This document shows positions 1 through 11,265 of a DNA stretch of 64,000 bases, piece after piece. The stretch comes from Ascoidea asiatica JCM 7603 (taxonomy: Eukaryota > Fungi > Ascomycota), in the NCBI GenBank assembly GCA_001600695.1, contig BCKQ01000003.1, forward strand, positions 652,003 through 716,002, written 5' to 3'. The notes beneath the pieces were generated by a model that ran no database searches, was not told the DNA's origin, and saw only the letters and a program-made list of their open reading frames with translations. Position 1 is the first letter of the stretch, and every line of letters starts with the position of its first letter. The translations under genes were made by a program, and so were the position numbers.

Positions 1-400
1 TAAGCTCATTAAAGATTCTATCTAATAATTTATTATTCATTTCAATTTGATAATTACTATTTGAATTTTTATTATCATTAAGAACAAAATCTTGAATAAG
101 TTGTTCATTTACATTAATAACCATCACTTCAATCAATTTTTCAATCCCATTTTTATCTTGTTGTTTTAAAACATCTTTTAAATTTCCAATATATCTAGGA
201 GTTTCTTCTTTTTTTTCTTGTAATGTATTATTATCTTCAATTGATTTGAAATAATTATTGATTTCAGACTTAGAAGTATAATTTCCACCTAAAATTCTTT
301 CAATTTTCTTTGATTCATAATTTTCATTCAATAGGTTTTTTTTAACAGGATTTGAATCTTCAAATCCAATAAGTATATGTGTTTTAATATTTTCATTCAT
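1..400 (-). CDS. Hypothetical protein, 5' part only (runs off the window edge)
   Basis: AAAA-ATG at 400 opens a frame (MNENIKTHILIGFEDSNPVKK...DRIFNEL) with no stop down to base 1. Reb1-type CCGGGTAA at 882-889 upstream. No recognised domain. Confidence 0.55.
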   Translation of the reverse strand, partial: MNENIKTHILIGFEDSNPVKKNLLNENYESKKIERILGGNYTSKSEINNYFKSIEDNNTLQEKKEETPRYIGNLKDVLKQQDKNGIEKLIEVMVINVNEQLIQDFVLNDNKNSNSNYQIEMNNKLLDRIFNEL

Positions 401-1446
401 TTTTACCACTATATTATTTTATTTTATATGTATATATTTTAATACAGTATGCAAAGATTACCAAACTATTTATTTTCTTGTACAGATTTAATTTTAAATA
501 ACTCAAGCAAAATAATTTCCTTCTTCAAATATATGTTTATTAGTTCTTAGAGAAAATATATCACTTATATTACTTTAAATCTACCCATAAAAGAAATCAG
601 CCATTTTCAAAATCGCAAGATTTCCAAAAACCACAAAAACAAATTGCTTTCAAAGTTGTTAAATAAAGTTTGCCTCCAACAGAGTAACTCAAAAATGTAA
701 ATAAAGCCACCAAAGGACTAAAAAGTAAAGAAACCAGGTAGAAAGAGTTTGATTGTTTAGCTTATTATTGAATTTAAACAATAAAGACTTATATAATAAT
801 TTCAGTAATGGTATTTCAATTAACTTCAAATTCAGCTCTAGAACTTCAATCGTTGAAAAAAGCAAATTTAAAACTGCCGAGCCGGGTAACTATTTTGGCT
901 TTTTGTGGTTTCCAGACCTAAACCTTAATTAACTTTAAAAATTGCGGAAATAGCAGAAAGATTGTTAAGAAACTTCGATTCTTTATTTTGGTGACTTACA
1001 TTTTCACTGCAAATCCCTTGAGATCTTTATAAAGAGATTCATAAGTAAAAAAATAACTTGGTATACTTGCATATCCAGTTTTTACTTATATAAATTTGAT
1101 ATGAAAATTAGCTATTAACTGTTATTTAAAAATGAGAATAAAAACAAGATTAATCAAACACTAAGTTTTAAGGTAAAAAAGTTTAACAGAAATTAATTAT
1201 ACAGTTTAAAAAATTGGCCCCTCTTGTTATTAGCATTGATTGAAGCAAGTTTTGTTTTGACAGTTATGACTTTATACATCCTCGTTTAAGTTAGTGACCA
1301 AATGATAAAGAAAAATAGAAAATTCAGTATTCTGCTATAAATTATTGTAATTGATATAGTTTTATATATGTAACATTTCTTAAATCTGTCTCAAACTTTG
1401 TTCAATTGATAACCTTTCTGATAATTCATCTTGAATTGCAAGTTCT

Positions 1447-1998
1447 TCAAATATTTTCTGGAAGATTGAAATATATCAATAAGCTGTAACCTATTATAAA
1501 CATTATAAATAATACTATTATTGTTTGTTGTGATATTTCAATATTTATAGCCTGTATCATAAACATTACCTTATTATTATTACAATTATTATTAATAAAA
1601 TTATAATAATTGAAACTAATTTCCAATTTTTTAGCAAATATTAATATAGCAATTAATCCAATAAAATCTTTTTTACATTTTATAAGTTCTGAACCAAATA
1701 CAATTAAAATAAATATAAATCCAATAAATATATCAAATTCAATATTCAGTTGTTTATTGATATGTAAAGAAATATTATTAAAATTTTGATAAATTTTAGG
1801 ATTTAATAATGGAACCATTGGTGGAATTAATATAAAAAATATTGTCAAAGCAATAGGAATTGAATATATTTTTTTAATTCGATGATTTATTGATGATTTT
1901 GTTAAATACAGATATAAATAATTTAAAATTATATTTATATTTTCTTTTGGTGAATTATATATAAAATTATTTAAATATCTTGAATTATTGTCAATCAT
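1447..1998 (-). CDS. Hypothetical small membrane protein (orphan, possibly degenerate)
   Basis: 183-aa ATG ORF with 3-4 hydrophobic stretches. No recognisable family, and hydrophobic ORFs arise easily in AT-rich DNA. Confidence 0.3.
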   Translation of the reverse strand: MIDNNSRYLNNFIYNSPKENINIILNYLYLYLTKSSINHRIKKIYSIPIALTIFFILIPPMVPLLNPKIYQNFNNISLHINKQLNIEFDIFIGFIFILIVFGSELIKCKKDFIGLIAILIFAKKLEISFNYYNFINNNCNNNKVMFMIQAINIEISQQTIIVLFIMFIIGYSLLIYFNLPENI

Positions 1999-2667
1999 AT
2001 TTTCAAAACATGGAGTTAAAATATGAAATGATTATATTTTAATAACTTTTACAATTGAAATTTATTGTATTTATGTAATTTAATAGTAAAATTCAAGTTA
2101 TTTAACAATGATTTTTAATTCTTTATAAATATTTATTTGATATAATGATAAAAAATTGTTTATATTATTAATTCTTTTCAAAAATATCAATATTGATATT
2201 TTCATCTCTTTTGAATTAATATTAGAGTAAAATTTGAATATACTATATATGAAGAGAAGAAAGAATTACAAATATTAATTTAAAGATTAAAAACTAGGGA
2301 ATAGAATCTTACTTATTGAATAATATTTTGAATAATCATTTACATTGTACTTTAAGCTTATTGTTGTTAAATACTGAATTAACAATTCCTTAAAGAATTT
2401 CATAACATTTTTTTGCCTTACATTAAAGAAAACACATGAAAAATCCAAGGATTCAAAAGTATTCAAAATTACTTTAAAGGAATAAAAATCTAGGTTTATG
2501 ACATTATTCGCTAAGTAATACAATAAAAGAATAAGTTTTGTAATAAAATGAAATAAGAATATACAATTTAAATAATTACAAATTATTAGTATTATTTATT
2601 TGAATATATACAGAATATATATAGAATATATAGATTATTATAATTATTATAAATATTATAAATATTA

Positions 2668-4401
2668 TTATAAGAAATTAAAATTATTAATTGGATCATA
2701 TTTTATATTATAAATATTATCTTTTAATTTCCATTCAATTAAGAAATTTTTATTTTCAATTGAATAAAAAGTTGGAAAACCAAGAAATTTTTGAAAATTA
2801 TTATTTGAAAATAATTTTAAAATTGGTAAATTAAATTTTGATAATTTACAATTTTTTAAGAAATTAAATTCATTATTTAATAAATATTTTGAATCAATTT
2901 TATGATTATATAAAGAAATTTGTAAAAATTGATTATCAAAGTTATTTTTTTTATTTTCATTATTAATATATTTAATTCTAAACCAAAATCTATTATCAAA
3001 TAATTTCCAATTTGAATAAATTTTATTATTTTGAATAGAATTTAAATTATTTATATTAAAATTAATTTTTAAATTTTGAATATATTTCCAATTTTGTCTA
3101 TAAATTTCAAAATATATAAAATTTTTATCAATTTTAATTTCAAAAATTAAATTTAATATATCAAATTTTAATTTATTTGAATTTGAAATTGAATTTGAAA
3201 TTGAAATTGAATTTGAATTTGAATTTGAATTTAAGTAATTTAAAATTTTTTTATATAAATTTAAAATTTTTTTAAATTTAAAATAATATTTTGTTGATGG
3301 AGAATAATTCATTAAAATTTCAAAAAATAATCTATTAAATATAATTTCACCATAATTTGAATTATTATTAGAATTTAAATTTATGAAATCAGAAATTTTT
3401 AATTTTATATATAATGAACCAAGTGAATAATTTTCAGAAATTTTTAATTTTTTTTTAAAAATTTTAATTTGAATTCTTAAATTAATTAAAATTAATTTAT
3501 TTTTTTTTAAATTTTTTATAATTTTAAATTTAATTTTATTATTATTTTTAATTAAATTATTTCTAAAATTATTTCTTATAGTTAAATTTGAAATTAAATT
3601 TGATTTATCTTCAAACCATTTTAAATTATTTAAAATTGATAAATTATATAAATCAGATTTATAATAATTTAATAAAGGTCTATAAATGAAAATAATATTA
3701 TTTTTATTTGAAGAAATTGGATAAATTGAAGGTAATGGTAAATAACTTTTAATTTCCATTGAATTTAAATTAAAAATGTTTTTTAATAATTCATTTTCTT
3801 TTGTATTTTTAATAGATTCTTTTGAATATGAATTTCTAATAAGATAAGTTTCAATTAAATCATCAAGAGTATGACCTAAGAAAAGGTAATTAATTTTATT
3901 TTCATTACATAAATTTCTAATTAATTCATATCTTTTAATTCTTGCAATTTCTTCATAATTTTTTAAATTAATTAAAGAATTTTTAAATTTATTATTATTA
4001 TTTTTTTTTTCTTCTTCCCAAATTATTGAATCTTTTAAATGATTTATTGAATTTATATTAAATTGATTATATAAAATTTTAGATAAATTTTTAAATTCAT
4101 TTAAACTTTCAATTCTTAAATTATGATTAATTGTGATTGGATAAATATTATTAAAATTAATTAAATTATTATTATTTAAATTATTTAATTTTATATAATT
4201 TAATAATAAATATGTTAAAGATATTGAATCTACACCACCAGAAACTGCAATACCTATTTTTATATTATTATTATTACCATTATTATTATTATTATTATTT
4301 ATAATTTTATGATTATTAATAATTGAATTAAAAATATTTTGAAATAAATTAATTTTTTTAAAGTTTGAAGAAGTTATTGAATTGATTGAATTAAATGACA
4401 T
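2668..4401 (-). CDS. tilS: TilS-like tRNA(Ile)-lysidine synthetase (PP-loop ATPase), probably mitochondrial
   Basis: TilS motifs in the right order: AVSGGVDS, INHNLR, EEIARIKRY, GHTLDDLIETYL, RPLL, WFEDKSN, RNNFR. The N-terminus is S/N/K-rich and lacks acidic residues. Confidence 0.85.
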   Translation of the reverse strand: MSFNSINSITSSNFKKINLFQNIFNSIINNHKIINNNNNNNGNNNNIKIGIAVSGGVDSISLTYLLLNYIKLNNLNNNNLINFNNIYPITINHNLRIESLNEFKNLSKILYNQFNINSINHLKDSIIWEEEKKNNNNKFKNSLINLKNYEEIARIKRYELIRNLCNENKINYLFLGHTLDDLIETYLIRNSYSKESIKNTKENELLKNIFNLNSMEIKSYLPLPSIYPISSNKNNIIFIYRPLLNYYKSDLYNLSILNNLKWFEDKSNLISNLTIRNNFRNNLIKNNNKIKFKIIKNLKKNKLILINLRIQIKIFKKKLKISENYSLGSLYIKLKISDFINLNSNNNSNYGEIIFNRLFFEILMNYSPSTKYYFKFKKILNLYKKILNYLNSNSNSNSISISNSISNSNKLKFDILNLIFEIKIDKNFIYFEIYRQNWKYIQNLKINFNINNLNSIQNNKIYSNWKLFDNRFWFRIKYINNENKKNNFDNQFLQISLYNHKIDSKYLLNNEFNFLKNCKLSKFNLPILKLFSNNNFQKFLGFPTFYSIENKNFLIEWKLKDNIYNIKYDPINNFNFL

Positions 4402-5009
4402 TTAAATATTATTTGAAGATTAATATATTTATTAAAAGATTAAGATGTTTCACTTATATGTTTCACTTATATATTTCACTGAGATGTTCATCAACTTGAT
4501 CTATTTCATTAAATTCATTAAATTCATTAAATTCATTAAATTCAATGAATTCATTGAATATTTTAATAAAAATAAAAAAAAGAAGGTGTAGACACGTGAC
4601 TCGACTTTATAAAACACGAAAAGAAATAAATTAAATTGGCGTAGATGATTAAAAGAAAAGAGTTGTTTCATGGTAAGTTAGTTTTAAATAGAGAAGACAC
4701 TTCTTTGCTTGAGTCTATTGAATATATATATATATATATATATATTGAGTCTATTGAATATTGAATATTGAATATTGAATCTATTGCAGAGCAGCAGAGT
4801 GTGAAAATGATAAAGCAGTGGTAAATCAGAAGCAGAAGAGAATAAATCAGAACAACTTTCACGCGCCTGGAGAGAAACACAAAAACAACACGAAAACAAC
4901 ACCAACAATAATAGTACCACTACAAATATATATATATAAATGCAAATATATCTTCTTATCTTATATTATCTTATATTATATATCATATATATCATTCAAT
5001 CATTCAATC

Positions 5010-5360
5010 ATGTCAATAATTTCAAATAATAATAATATTAATAATATTAGTAATATTAATAATAATAATATTCAAATATTTAATGATGATTCTTTAAATT
5101 CAATTTCAATTTCAATTTCAATATCAATTTCAAGTATTAAAAATATTAAAAGAAATAAAAATAAAAGAATTAAGAATAAAACTTTATCAAATAAAGAAAA
5201 TATTTTAAATTTAAATAAAATTAAAAAACCAATGAGATATATAAATACAACTACAAATAATAATAATATTAATAATAATATTAATAATAATATTAATAAT
5301 AATATTAAAAGAAATCGTATTCCATTAGCTGATTTAACTAATTCATTCCTATTTAAATAA
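5010..5360 (+). CDS. 116-aa low-complexity protein with KEN box and C-terminal D-box (putative APC/C substrate or inhibitor)
   Basis: The ATG at 5010 is a better start than the GTG at 4818. KEN at 5193-5201 and RIPLADLTN (RxxLxxxxN) at 5316-5342. SCB-like CACGAAA at 4615 and 4889 upstream. Confidence 0.6.
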   Translation: MSIISNNNNINNISNINNNNIQIFNDDSLNSISISISISISSIKNIKRNKNKRIKNKTLSNKENILNLNKIKKPMRYINTTTNNNNINNNINNNINNNIKRNRIPLADLTNSFLFK

Positions 5361-5665
5361 ATTTACTTACTTACTTACTTACTTACTTATTCATTCTTTC
5401 AATTCTATCTTATATCTTTACTTACTTATTATTTAGCCAAATATCACATCACTTCTCTTATTCAAATACTGTAATACTTTAATATTCTTGTAGTTTTGTA
5501 ACTTGTTTTTTAAAATTTTAGAATAATTAAGGTTTGCAGACGTCTGCAGTGCACTGCCGTGTCCAGTCTTAACACTCAGACGCACGCACGTCTCACACAA
5601 AACCTAAACTTTATTCTTACAAAAAAAAAAAAAAAGAAGTTCCATCAAATTGGTCTCTCTTTTTT

Positions 5666-7165
5666 TCATTTATTATTATTATTATTATTAAATAATTTAC
5701 CAAAATTATTTTTAATATTTTCATTAACATTCTTAAAATTATTTTCACTATTTATTGCAAATTCTTTTAATGCAATATCTGGTGATTTTAAATTTGATAA
5801 AATATTAAAATTATTAAAATTTAATTCAACATTTGAATTATTAATATTAATATTTTTTATTCCATTTGAAATTTTTAAATTAAATTCACTTCTCTCAATT
5901 CCACTTAAACTTGTTCTATTATTTATTGTTTCAATAATAACTGAATCTAAAATAGATTTCTCATTTCCATTTCCAATTTCATTTCCAATTTCATTTCCAA
6001 TTTCATTTCCAATTTCATTTCCAATTTCATTTCCAATATTATCTTTATCAGTTTTATTATTACCTTCATTAAATTCATAATTATTTAAATAATTTGAAAA
6101 AATTATTTTATATTTCTTAATTTCATTTTTATTTATACCTTTTAAAATTAAAATTTTTATAAAATTTTCAAAATTTTTATCTTTAAAAATTAAAAAATAA
6201 TTTTTTATAAAAATTTCTTTATCTTCAATTTTTATTAATAAAATTTTTAATAATTTCTCAAATTTATAACTTTGTTTATCAATATTTTTAAAATATGATT
6301 TTGATAATTTTTTTAATTTTTCTTTATTATTTTTAAATATTAAATTTGGTAAATTTTTAAAAAATTCTTTTAAAATTGATAAATCTAATAATATTTGTTC
6401 TGACATATTTATATTTATTGGTTTTAAATTTAAAAAATTTTCAAAATATTTTAAAATTATTTTCTCAATTAATTTATCCATAAAATTTTTTATATAAATA
6501 TCTTTTTTAATTTTATTTAAACTTATAATTTTTTTTAAATTTTTAAATATTACTTCTTTTAAATCAATTATATATCTACTTTGATCTAAAAATTCATTAT
6601 TATTATTATTATTTATTGAATTATAATTTAATTTCCAATTTTTATTAATCATTTCTTTCCAACTTAATTCACAATCCATTTCAATTTTTATTAATAATTT
6701 TGAAATACAATTTTGAATTAAATTTATATAATTATCTTTAATTTCAAAAAATTTTGAATTTATATCTTTTTTTAAATTTTTTAAAATTATTAAATTTAAT
6801 TTCTCATTTAATTGATCTATTGTTATATTAATATAATCTGATGTATTTAAAACTAAAGAAATATAATCAATAGATTCATCATCATTTTTATTTAAATCAT
6901 TATTATTTATATTAATTAATGGTTTTAAAATTTTATTTAAATAATTATTTAAATATTTTATAAATAAATCTGTTAATTCTAATAATAATGTACCATTTGA
7001 TAAATTTATTGCTTGATTTAAAATATTTCTATAAGTTCTAAATAAATCTGCTGATGATGGTAAAACATCAGTATAAATAACTTTATCATCTTCTTTATCA
7101 ATTTTATTATTATTATTATTTTTAGGTATAGTTGTAGTTATTGTTGAAGATTTATTAATAATTGA

Positions 7166-7198
<33 letters not shown>

Positions 7199-8126
7199 TG
7201 AATCATTTGATTTAATTTCTTTATGAATTAATTTTGGAGCTGCTAAATATTCTAAAAATTTATTATTTAAAATTTTTGATTGTTCTTCAATCCAAATTGA
7301 TAAAAATGGTTCAAAAGAAATTGAAATTGTTTTTGAAAAGATTTGAAATTGATTATCATCATTATTTTCATTATTATCTTCATTATATTCATCATCATCA
7401 TTACCATAATCTTTTTTATTTTTATTTTTATTTTTATTTTTATTTTTATTACTATTATCTTTTGATGGAGTATTTAAATGTTTAAAAGAATTATTTAAAA
7501 AAGTTTCAAATTCTAAAGTTTGATGTAAAGAATTTAATAAAAGTTCAACATTTGGTTTTTCTTGATTTTTTAAATTACTATTATTATTAAAATTATTTTT
7601 AAAATTTTTTAATAAAATTTTTAAATCTTTTTTAGTAAAATCTATAAATCTATTTGTAATTTCAAGATCTAAATCCCAATTTTTTGGAAAAAATTTATAA
7701 TAATAATTTTTAAAATTTTTAAAAATTTTTTTAAAATAAATATATCTTCTTGATAAATTTTCTAAAGAACCAGCTTCATCATTAATATTAAAAATTTTAA
7801 AAAATTCATTAAATTGATTATTTATAAAAAAATTAATTAATTTATCATGATATTGATTACCTAAAAGATCTAAAATTAAACATGCTTTTAAATATTGATT
7901 ATCATTTAATTTTAAATTATTATCATAATTTATATTTAATAAATTTTTAAAATCTTTAAAAATTTGAATTGATAATTTAATTTTTAAATTTGAAATATCA
8001 TTTGATAATAAATTAATTTCATTAATATTTTTATAATTTTGAAAATGAGAAATTAATTGAATTACAACACTTATAAGATTATAAATTTCATTATAATCAG
8101 TTTTATATTCTAAATTATCTAAAGAA

Positions 8127-8164
<38 letters not shown>

Positions 8165-8590
8165 TGATAATAAATTATTTAAATTATTATTTGCATTTAA
8201 TAACATTTGTAATCTTTTTAAAACAGTCATTGAAAGTACTAAATTTTTTTTTGCTTCATCTAATTTTTGAATATTTGAAGTCATTTTACTTATTGTTAAT
8301 TCAGTTTTTTTTGATAATAAAGTTGTTTGATTAATTTGATTAATTAGATTCAATACATCATTATCAGCATCAAAAATGTCATTATCATTAGTATCATCAT
8401 TAGTATCATTGGTGTTATTATTTAATTGATTATAATCATTTAATATTAAATTATCTAAATTTGATTTATAATTATTTAAGAAATTTAATTGATTTGAAAT
8501 TGTTAATAATGAATCAGGAGTATCAAATAATTGATTAAGATGATTAATTGGATCATAATCTTTAGAATATAAATCATCAGAAGAATTCAT
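5666..8590 (-). CDS. VPS53: GARP complex subunit Vps53
   Basis: N-terminal DYDPINHLNQLF, LDEAKKNLVLSMTVLKRLQML, EAGSLENLSRRYIYFKK and LPSSADLF are typical of Vps53. Confidence 0.92.
5969..6037. repeat. 12-bp coding tandem repeat (ATTTCCAATTTC) x5 plus a partial copy, encoding GNEI repeats in Vps53
   Basis: Directly visible in the sequence. Confidence 0.9.
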
Positions 8591-9098
8591 TTTTAATATT
8601 TATATAAAAAAGAATGTATTGATATTTTAACGCTGATAGAAATTTGAAATTGATTAAATTATTTATCAGATTCAAAATTCATTCATTAATTTCTAAAATG
8701 GTAATTTTTTAAACCTTTATTTTTTTTAAATAAAATGGATTTAATTTCGTTACGTATCAATATTTGTATGTGTATTACGTAATCATTATTATATTTGTAA
8801 AAAATAAAATTAAAAGTACCACAAAACTGGTCTCGTTTCATAACGGTCACACTTTATTACGTAATAAATAGAGATGCTCCAATTTGTGTGAATGCAGGAT
8901 GTATTCTGAAATGTACCACCGAAATAAACCTACGACAGTAGTTAAGCAGTTGCGGTGCGTGTAAATACGATACCACTCAGATTTCAACCAATTGATTGTG
9001 ATTCAATCTTTATTACTGAAGCTCCATTGCTGATACTAACGGATATTGAATGAAAAATATCAATAGATATATACAAAAGGTATATATAAATATAATCA

Positions 9099-9131
<33 letters not shown>

Positions 9132-9212
9132 GATATTTCATATAACTTACATATATATTTCAATTTATATTCCAATTTTATATTTTAATTCAAATTCAAA
9201 TTCAAATTCATA

Positions 9213-9587
9213 ATGGGAGGCCATGGTGGAAAAACATATTTAGGCTGGTGGGGTCATTTAGGTAAGTAATATATATATATATATATTGTATATTGTATAT
9301 GTAATTATATATATGATAAAATAATAAACTAACAAGATAATATAAATAAAGGATCACCAAAACAAAAAGGAATTACAACATATTCAGTATCACCATATGC
9401 ACAAAAACCATTAAAAGGAGTAGTACATAATGCATTTTTTAATACATTTAGAAGAGTTAAAAATCAAGCAATATTTGTTTTAATTCCAGGTAGTGTAATG
9501 TGGTATTGGTGGTCAATTAATAGAGATTATAATTTATATTTATATACTAAAGCTGGTAGAAAAGAATTAGAAAGAGTTAATGTTTAA
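9213..9587 (+). CDS. QCR8: Cytochrome bc1 subunit 8 (spliced; absent from the ORF track)
   Basis: Exon 1 9213-9261; intron 9262-9351 (GTAAGT, branch AACTAAC, AAG acceptor); exon 2 9352-9587. Product [37 protein letters not shown]...YTKAGRKELERVNV. Confidence 0.96.
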
Positions 9588-9645
9588 GAAATGTTTATAT
9601 AAATATATGTGATTTGCTATTCAATTCAATACAATAATTCAATAC

Positions 9646-9646
<1 letters not shown>

Positions 9647-9688
<42 letters not shown>
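9647..9688. repeat. (AAT)n microsatellite between convergent QCR8 and metallothionein
   Basis: About 14 consecutive AAT units. Confidence 0.85.
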
Positions 9689-9840
9689 GAACTACAAAGA
9701 TTTTTCAATAATATATATACAGTATATCATAAGTAATAATGATTATTTATTTATTTAATAAGTTTAATAAGTTTAATAAGTTTAATCTAATATAATGTAA
9801 TAAAAGAATAGAATGAATTTATAATTTGATTAATATTTGA

Positions 9841-10010
9841 TTATAATCTATGAAAATGTTAGTAAATTGAAATTTTATTAATACTTTACTTATTTTTTTA
9901 TTTATATTATATTATACATACTTTGTTGTATTACAAGAAGGACATGAACATGATGAACCACATTTACAACTACTTCCACAACATTTAACAGATTGATTTT
10001 CTCCAGCCAT
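9841..10010 (-). CDS. 31-aa fungal copper-type metallothionein (spliced; absent from the ORF track)
   Basis: Exon 1 10010-9922; intron 9921-9848 (GTATGT, TACTAAC at 9864-9858, TAG); exon 2 9847-9841. Product MAGENQSVKCCGSSCKCGSSCSCPSCNTTKL has 7 Cys in CC, CxC, CxC and CxxC motifs. AAAA precedes the ATG. Confidence 0.88.
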
Positions 10011-10385
10011 TTTAAAAATATTTATATTTATATTTATATTTGATTATTTGATTATTTGATTTATTAGTTATTTAGTTATTTACTAGTTATTTGATTTATT
10101 TGTTTGATAGACTAATTGATAATTTAAGAGATTAAATGAATAAAGTTTAAAACTGAAATTGAAATAAAGAGAAATTGAATATTTATATATCTTTATTGAT
10201 CTTCTTTTATCATTTATCATTTATCATTTATCATTTATCATTTATCATTTATTATTTATTATTTATTGTATCTAATTATTCTATTTATTATATTCAATTA
10301 AATCGAATCATTCAACTTACTCAATATCCCAATCAGGCAACAAAATCCCCTTCCCCAGACCTCTGATCTTGAACAGGGGTTTCAG

Positions 10386-10422
10386 TGCTCACGTGTCTGC
10401 TCACGTGCCCTGTTTTTGCTGT
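10386..10422. promoter_or_regulatory. Divergent metallothionein/INO4 promoter: two TGCTCACGTG E-boxes and an Ace1/Cup2-type element
   Basis: TCACGTG at 10389 and 10401. TTTTTGCTGT at 10413-10422 fits the Ace1 consensus HTHNNGCTGD. Confidence 0.5.
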
Positions 10423-10599
10423 TTTCTTTCTTTTCTTCTCCGCTCGTGTCACCTGACCGCAGCGTCCGATAAGCAAAAGCATGGTGAATATAATATAATA
10501 TAAATAGATACTTAAATCATCATCTTTAATATGATAATAAATCAGAAATACTATCAATAAATAATAATAAAACACATAATAAATTACAAACACACCACA

Positions 10600-11250
10600 A
10601 TGGATAATCCAACTTCTTCTTCTTCTTCTAATTCTACTCCTGTACCTATTCCAGTGAAAGCTTTACCTAAAATAAATAATGATGATAAAAATAAATTAAA
10701 TGAAGAAAATAAAGAAGAAAACAATGAAAAAAATATAATTAAAAATGAAATTAAAAATAATAATTTAATTCAATCAAAAAAATTAAAAAATTCATTTTTA
10801 ACAGAAGATGAAAAAAAAGCTCATCATATAGCTTCTGAACAAAAACGTAGAAAAGCAATAAGATCTGCTTTTGATAGAATTGTAAATTTAGTACCAAATT
10901 TAAATAAAAATGAAAATAGAACTGAAGTTATAATTTTAAAAAAATCTTCATATTTTTTAAATTTTTTATATAAACAAAATTCTAAATTAATTAATAATTT
11001 ATCAAATATTAATAATATTAATGAAATACCAAATATTTCAAATGATTTAAAAAATTTTAAAATTCCAAATAATTTAAATGATCCTTATTTTAATCAATTA
11101 CAAATTTATATTGATGAAATTAATAAAAAGGGTAAAAAAAAATCAAAATCAAAATCAAAATCAAATTCATCAACTAATAACAATAATATAAACAGTAATA
11201 TAATAAATAAAGATGATAATAAAATTTCAAAACCTACTCAGAAAAAATAA
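10600..11250 (+). CDS. INO4: bHLH transcription factor Ino4
   Basis: LTEDEKKAHHIASEQKRRKAIRSAFDRIVNLVP...NRTEVIIL matches the Ino4-type bHLH. Confidence 0.8.
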   Translation: MDNPTSSSSSNSTPVPIPVKALPKINNDDKNKLNEENKEENNEKNIIKNEIKNNNLIQSKKLKNSFLTEDEKKAHHIASEQKRRKAIRSAFDRIVNLVPNLNKNENRTEVIILKKSSYFLNFLYKQNSKLINNLSNINNINEIPNISNDLKNFKIPNNLNDPYFNQLQIYIDEINKKGKKKSKSKSKSNSSTNNNNINSNIINKDDNKISKPTQKK

Positions 11251-11265
11251 TAATCTTTTATTTTC

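Noticed and set aside
4668-5009. Short ORFs 4668-4880 and 4684-4920, and the GTG-started extension from 4818
   Set aside because: They cross promoter motifs and TA repeats; the ATG at 5010 is the better start.
5559-6080. 173-aa + strand ORF, and the other antisense or alternate-frame ORFs inside VPS53, MPH1, LEU1, CUL3, FUM1, NUG1, YND1, CUE3 and RPA190
   Set aside because: Shadows of real genes and their repeats, mostly with non-ATG starts.
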